From: Macrostomum lignano
Taxonomy: Eukaryota
Length of the DNA stretch: 64,000 nt
Reading direction: 5' to 3'
Assembly: GCA_002269645.1 (NCBI GenBank)
Contig: NIVC01000006.1
Span: 124,001 to 188,000 of the forward strand
The position numbers and the translations under genes are program-made. The notes beneath the pieces were generated by a model. The model did no database searches, was not told the DNA's origin, and saw only the letters and a program-made list of their open reading frames with translations. This document shows positions 57,701 through 64,000 of this stretch, one piece after another. The stretch's first letter is position 1, and each line of letters begins with the position of its first letter.

Positions 57701-58135
57701 TTGAATTTTATTATTCGTTTCACTTACCAAGAAACACTTTTTCATTGATAGGCTTGGAAAAAACTTAATCTTAAAGCATATTTTACGCACTGCATATCCA
57801 GATTATACATTTAGGTGACTCATTGTGGGCTAAATTTTTCTGATCGGGTTTTGCTATGCGCTAATGTGCACTAAAAACTTCTGCTAAGCCTCTGTTGTGC
57901 GCCGTGTGCGCCACTTCGTGCACATTTTTCGTTGATGTGCGCCGGAATTTTCCGCCATAATGTACACCTTCCTGAGTGTGGGGTGCACCGTGGTGCGGCA
58001 TATAATTGTGTGTCGTGGCACGCCATTGCATGCCATAGGGTACTTTCTCTAAACCGTGGTACACCATATACACCAAATGTATGCCGAATATCTTTGGCTA
58101 TGCCAATGTATACTGGAATTTTTGACGAAAAAGGC

Positions 58136-58268
58136 TGGCAATCTTCAAGTTTCGTTCATTAAATTATTTTTTCAATGATTTCTAAACTATCTTGCCCTGA
58201 GATGATTATTTTCAAACTTAACGAAGTAAGTTAAAAATAATTTAATGAACGAAACTTGAAGATTGCCA
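58136..58268. mobile_element. Small hairpin MITE (~35-bp perfect inverted arms, ~63-nt loop)
   Basis: tggcaatcttcaagtttcgttcattaaattatttt is inverted to aaaataatttaatgaacgaaacttgaagattgcca; aaaggc occurs on both flanks. Confidence 0.7.
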
Positions 58269-58555
58269 AAAGGCCACCTTTCTGACTATGGTATAGTAGT
58301 GCATTCATGATCCTGACTATGGCTATCAGGCTATGCTATACACTTCCCCCATAGTCCAGATCATGCTGGGTGCATGCCTGAACAAAAATGGAATAATTAC
58401 AAATAGGGGCCTACATGCCAAAAAAATTAGTGCATGCCCATTCCCAAAAATATGCCAGTATTGTGATAATAAATGACCTTTTTGAATTGCCTAATAGACC
58501 CTTATTAACAGATAATTTTGTTGATTTTTATGCTTTTTTTTAGTGTTCTGCCGTA

Positions 58556-59193
58556 GCTGTAGCCATAGCTATGGCTAGGGGATCCTATGGCAAATACAGT
58601 AAAATAGGTGCCTATGATAGCTACAGATATGCCTACAGTAGCTAGCTGCTCTTATGGCAATGACTACGGAAATATGGTAGTTGCTGTCACATTCCGTAGA
58701 TTCCAGTAGCCATAGTTATTAATGTTAAAAATGGAAAAAATATTAGAAACAGGTAGAGTAAAACAAAGATACTTTTATTAAACTGTATTATCAACCTAGA
58801 AACTTATAAAATATACCTTAAAAGGTACAATAAAACACTAGCAAACTCTAATTTTTATTAATGTGAAAAAGTTTAGCTTTAGTATTTTCAATGACAATTA
58901 AGTGTTACTATGAAAAAAGACAAAATATAATCTTACAAAGGCAATCAAGTGTTTCTTTTATTTTCTAATTTAATTTGCAGTTGTTTAAGCACTAGGTTAG
59001 CCTATCATGCTGATTCAAAATATTTTATTTTTTAGACTTTTTGTTAAAACTATGGCTATGGCTATGGAAACTATGGGAATATAGTAATTTTGGGGTCCCT
59101 ACGACTATGGAATACAGAGAATTGGAATAAGCCATAGTTTTGCTTATGGCTATGGCTATGGTACATGGACCCTCCTTATGGCGGAACACTACT
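58556..59193 (+). repeat. Dispersed AT-rich interspersed repeat, copy 2 (copy 1 at 476-1195)
   Basis: Colinear with copy 1 but lacks its ~95-bp insert. Confidence 0.85.
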
Positions 59194-61412
59194 TTTTTGG
59201 CAATACTATTTATAGCAGAAAATTGATACATGCAAAGATTTGTTTAACTGCTTTTTACAAGCTAAAAAACTGGACTGCTTTTGCTAAAAAATACCTTTTT
59301 TCATTTTTTCTACTTCACAATAACTTTTACACATGATTCTATTAAGTGCATGCCAGGTGTGTATGCATACTATTTTCTCAGGAGTGATGCATGCCAACTG
59401 TGTATACCTAATTTTGGCATGCAAGGCCAATGGCAATGCATGCCTGAATTTTTGGGCATAAACTATATGATCTGGAGTGTGGCACCTCCCTTCTAAATCT
59501 GCCACTAGCCTCTATGACTATGCTGTCCTATAGTCCAGTCATGGCAGGCGTATGCCAGAATGAAAATTCATGTTTTTTCAATTTTACGCCAACGTAAAAT
59601 AAAATAAAAATTTTACGCTGAAACTAAAATTGTTTATATGCCATTTTTTAACAAATATATATTTTTAGGAACTCAAAACTTTTATTAAACTTTAAAATAG
59701 CTGTTTTTGCTAAAAACTGATATTCTTTGTTTTAATTTTAATTTTCTTGTGATCACATTCATATTTTCTATTTTAGTTTCCAATTATTTTTAAAGAGCCT
59801 TTGACATTGGTTGATATTTAACTACACAATTACATTAGCCTTAAACTTGGCTATTTTTTGTACGCCAACTGTGTACACTTCATGTTGAACCTGAAAATTC
59901 TAAATTCCTAATGTATGCCAAGATTGTCAGCGAGAGCAAAAATACGCTGGAAAATTCTGGTGTAAAGGCCACCTTCCAGACTATGGGCTATGTCTACAAG
60001 TTGTAGAATTGTTCATTAAACTCACTGTATGCACATTTTTTTAGCTATTGACATGAAACTTTCCAAAAATGAATGTTTTCTTTATTGTTTTTATGCCAAC
60101 ATTTATAAGTGTTTTGGCATTAAAATTCCATTGTAAGAGGTTGCAACTTAACTTTTATTGCAATTTCTAGATTTTGCCAATTTCTAGAGCAAAGTCAATA
60201 GAAGGCACTTTATTTGCAATATTTACTGCAAAATATTTCTAACCTCAAACAGTGAGTTTAATGAATGATTCTATAATTAATTAGTACTATATCATAAGTA
60301 ATTCCATAAAAAGTTGATACCTAGAGAAATGAAAATCTCTATTATAAACTTACCTAAACTAATTGAGCTTTTTAAGAATCATATTTTAAAAAATTATCCA
60401 TGTACAAAATTCTTATAATTTTAAAGTCAAAATTGGAAGGTGGGGTTGGCATTTGGTCTGTGTACATTTTCATTGAACAAGAAATAAAGACCTATAGGCT
60501 ATTATTCACCAAAATGTTTATATTTGGTATTTTCAATATTTAAATTAGTTTTGTCAGATATTTAAATTGAATCAAATTGGTTCAAAAACTTCATTTCATC
60601 CTACCTCTATCACTTTTATCTTTATTTTCAAAATTCCTTGGTCATAGTTACGATTAGAATAGGCCTAATGGGACTTTGCTATTGGACCACAACCAAAGCC
60701 ACCAATTTTCTGTTTAGGGCAGGTGGCCTTAGGAGGGTGATATCAGATCCCTTTTGGCATTCTTTCAGTTTACAATCACCTTAAACAGTGATGATCACCA
60801 CTTAAAATAGTTGTAAGACATAAAAACCAACAATGGTTTCAAATGAAATGAAATCAAAAGTGATTCTTTTTTGTGTTTGTGCTTATCATTTTGGATTCAT
60901 CTTAGAATATTCAACATATAAACTTAAAATGCAACAAATAAACTATATTATATAATAAGACATTGCTTTATCATGAAAAGTTGACTAAGAAAAGCATAGA
61001 ATATTCATAGGATATAGAAAATATATAAATGCAAAAGATTGCAACCTTTTAAAAGTAAAAAAAAACAAAAACAAAACTTTTAAATTTTATCACTTAGGGT
61101 TGTTAAGATAATTTTTTCCTTGCAACTAAAACCACTGTCAAAAGGTCTTGTCTTACAACAAAACAACTGGCATTAAGTTATAAGTACTAGCTAAATATGC
61201 ACTATTTTAAGTTAGTGCTATTAAATTAGTTTAGTTTTAAATCTAATACAGATCTCTTCTATAAGTAATGACATTAAAACAGAAAAATAGTAGTCCAAAT
61301 TCATTTTATTGGGAAAATCTTTCACCCTTAAGCTACTTAAAATATAACTTTTTGTAATACCTAGTTAACTTTTAATAGTACTCTTGATTTATATATGCAT
61401 TACATGATTACT

Positions 61413-61484
61413 GGGGTTGTAGCTTAGTGGTTAGAGCATTGAACTCATACCTGAAAGGTTGGGGGTTCAATTCCCAATCCTACT
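61413..61484 (+). pseudogene. Decayed tRNA (CAT anticodon, Met-like) or tRNA-derived SINE head
   Basis: GGGGTTG-TAGCTTAGTGGTTAGAGC-...CTCATAC...GGTTCAATTCCC. A and B boxes are recognisable, stems are broken, and the T-loop CGA reads CAA. Confidence 0.65.
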
Positions 61485-61833
61485 GGAACAATTTGGAGTA
61501 TTGGAGTATTAATTAGTAATCTAAACTCTTCAAATGTGATCAAATGCATTGCCAAATAGATTTGTAGAATATTGAGAAGTTCATTGCCCACCCCTTATTG
61601 CCCGCAGTTGCACCGCGTCCTACTCAAAGTCAAGTGTTCGCATCTTTTGTTTATTCTGTTGCCATCTGTGAGAATCCGTGAACAGCAAACTGAATGAGTT
61701 GCACCTTTGCTTGATCATTGAGTTTAGACATTCGATGTGCTTGGTTTAAGAAGCCTTTATATCTGCATCAAGGCCATTCGATTGCTTAATTGGGTACTCG
61801 TAAATCACAGAACAGACTTAAACAAACATCTTG

Positions 61834-63870
61834 ATGTCGGACCCGGTGTCGGCAGCCAGGTCTCAGGATGACGCTCAAGTGGCTTACAGATATGAGCGCC
61901 ATCAGCAGCAGGATCCATTGGACCCCGTAGATGCTTTTGTTGTTGACAAACGCTGGGGCGACTTTCAACAGCAGCAGCAGTACCGGCTAGCTGGGGACGA
62001 TGACGCCGAGAATATTATTGGAAGGCTTGGCAGGCTGCAGTTTGGCTCTAGCGCCGGCCCCCAGAGCGCCTGGGAGCAGCAGAGTGAGCACGCAATCTCC
62101 CAGCCAATCAACATGGGCGGCGGTAGCTCGCGTCTGCAGCAGCAACAGCAACAACAACAACAGCAGCATTCATTGGATAATAACATCACAACGGGTTCGA
62201 TGCTGTCTCCTAGTAGCAAAGATCTTATTGCTGTCGGCTTGCGCATAGTCGATCAGGTGTTGGACAGCGGTTCGCCACCCGGCGGCGCCGGGGCTGCCGC
62301 TTGCGCAGCATCGTCTAACAACAGCCTGCCAAAGAAGTCTTTAGATACGCCCGTTATCAGTCAGCATCATCAGATGGCCCAGCAGCCGCCGCCGCATCAT
62401 CAGCAGCCTCCGCATTTCTCAATGATGCCGCATCATCAGCAGCAGGCTCCGCCAGTCGTGCATAGCAATGGTTACCAACAGCAGCAACAACAGCATCAAC
62501 AATATCCTCCTATGCCGCCGCCTCCGCACGTGTCCATGTTTGACTACAATGACCCGAACGCCGCCGCTGCGGCTGCCTTCCTGCAGCAGCAGCAGCAGCT
62601 GATTGGCGGTGCTGGAGCTGGACCCGACGGTAACGCCTTCATGGCTGCTTACAGTATTGAGCAGCAACAACAGCCGCATCAGCATAGGCAACTGTTCGAT
62701 TCATCAGCCTATGCAGGATTTTATCAACAGCAGCCGGCGCCGCTTGAGGTAGCGTCTTCTTCTTACGAGCAGCAGCAGCAGGAAGATGCGTACCAACAGC
62801 TCCAACAGATGGGGGGTTTTGAGCAGCTGCACTCCATGCAGCAGCAGCAGACCGCCAGAGTCCAGTCTCCCGCGCCGCATCTTCAGCACGGCCTTCAGCA
62901 GCCGCCGCAGCTTTCTCACCACCAGCATCAGCAGCAGCATGGCAGCAGCTTGTTTGGCCCATTCGGAGCCCAGACTCCGCCTCTGACGCCGCCCCATCAT
63001 CAGGACCCGGCCATCGCTGCCTATTCCGGCCCGTTTGGCGCCGGTGGCCCCGCCGCGTCTGGCACCGGTAGCGGGATGAACATGCTGCCGCCGGCCGCCC
63101 AGTTTTATGGATTCCAGTATCCGCCAACTATGCTGATGCAGCAGCAACAGCAGGCTCAGCAGAACCGTCAGTCCACGCCTTTCAAAGCTCCGACGCCGGA
63201 CTTGGCGCTGTTCGGCGCCGCTTCGCCTCCACCGCACACGCCGCCAGCTATGGGGCCGGGCGCGCCCCCTTATCTTGCCATGGCTCGCCTTGATCAGCAG
63301 CACCATCAGGCTGGATTCTTTGCCCCGCCGCCGCCTCAGCATCATCACCACCAGCTTCAGCAGCATGGCCAGCAGCAGGGGCATCATTTCCAAAATCAGC
63401 AGCATCAGCAGCCAGCGCATCATCACCATCATCATATGCGCGGTCTGAGCGCTGTAGGCGTTGGCAGCGAGTCGGTCGGCAGGTCCCGCCTGCTCGAAGA
63501 CTTCAGGCAGAACCGCGTGCCAAGTCTCAGTCTGAAAGACCTGACTGGTCACGTGGTGGAGTTTGCTCAGGACCAGCACGGGTCCAGATTTATCCAGCAG
63601 AAATTAGAGACAGCCAATCCACCGGATAAGACGCAGGTGTTTACTGAGCTGCTCCAATCTGCTAACGCTCTGATGACTGACGTGTTTGGCAATTATGTTA
63701 TACAGAAATTCTTCGAATTCGGCACACCGGAGCAGAAGCAGATCCTGGCGCAGAGGGTTCGCGGCCAAGTGCTGTCTCTGGCGTTGCAGATGTACGGCTG
63801 CAGAGTGATTCAGAAAGCGCTGGAGTCTCTGCCTACTGAGCAGCAAGTAGAGATTGTTAGCGAGCTTCAG
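61834..63870 (+). CDS. pum: Pumilio (PUF) RNA-binding protein, first large coding exon; the gene continues beyond the window
   Basis: Q/H/P-rich N-terminus with [15 protein letters not shown] motif; [10 protein letters not shown]; PUF repeats [39 protein letters not shown]; donor CAG|gtgaga at 63871. Confidence 0.96.
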
Positions 63871-64000
63871 GTGAGAAGCTGCATAATTAGTTTATTAACT
63901 ACCTTTGTTTATTACTGCCGTCAGTCAGCTTAACTTACAACTCTTACAAAATTCCATCTTATAGGACAACGTGCTAAAGTGCGTCAAAGATCAGAATGGC

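Noticed and set aside
61413-61484. Functional tRNA-Met gene
   Set aside because: Acceptor, anticodon and T stems have multiple mismatches and the T-loop is mutated; recorded as a pseudogene or SINE head.

Overview
Eukaryotic, intron-containing animal DNA. GC-rich exons with CAG/polyQ tracts, satellite-filled introns and AT-rich flanks suggest a flatworm such as Macrostomum; this is an inference. Host genes I could reconstruct: a FAM53-like last exon, a 2-exon LITAF gene, a 10-exon ODF2/cenexin-like gene, two tandem divergent CK1-like kinases, a 4-exon Slo/BK potassium channel, a mucin-like type I membrane protein, and the 5' part of a Pumilio gene. A young 12.4-kb Ty3/gypsy LTR retrotransposon (12680-25109, minus strand) has near-identical LTRs, an AATG target-site duplication (TSD) and a tRNA-Gln primer-binding site. 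Its gag-pol polyprotein carries a cold-shock domain between the CCHC knuckle and the protease. Its 3' region carries repeated antisense Tudor-like motifs. A nested DNA transposon with an 8-bp TSD splits it at the gag/pol junction. The rest is MITEs, foldback elements, tRNA-derived sequences and many tandem arrays. All exon models were read by eye from GT-AG sites and frame continuity; no database search was run.
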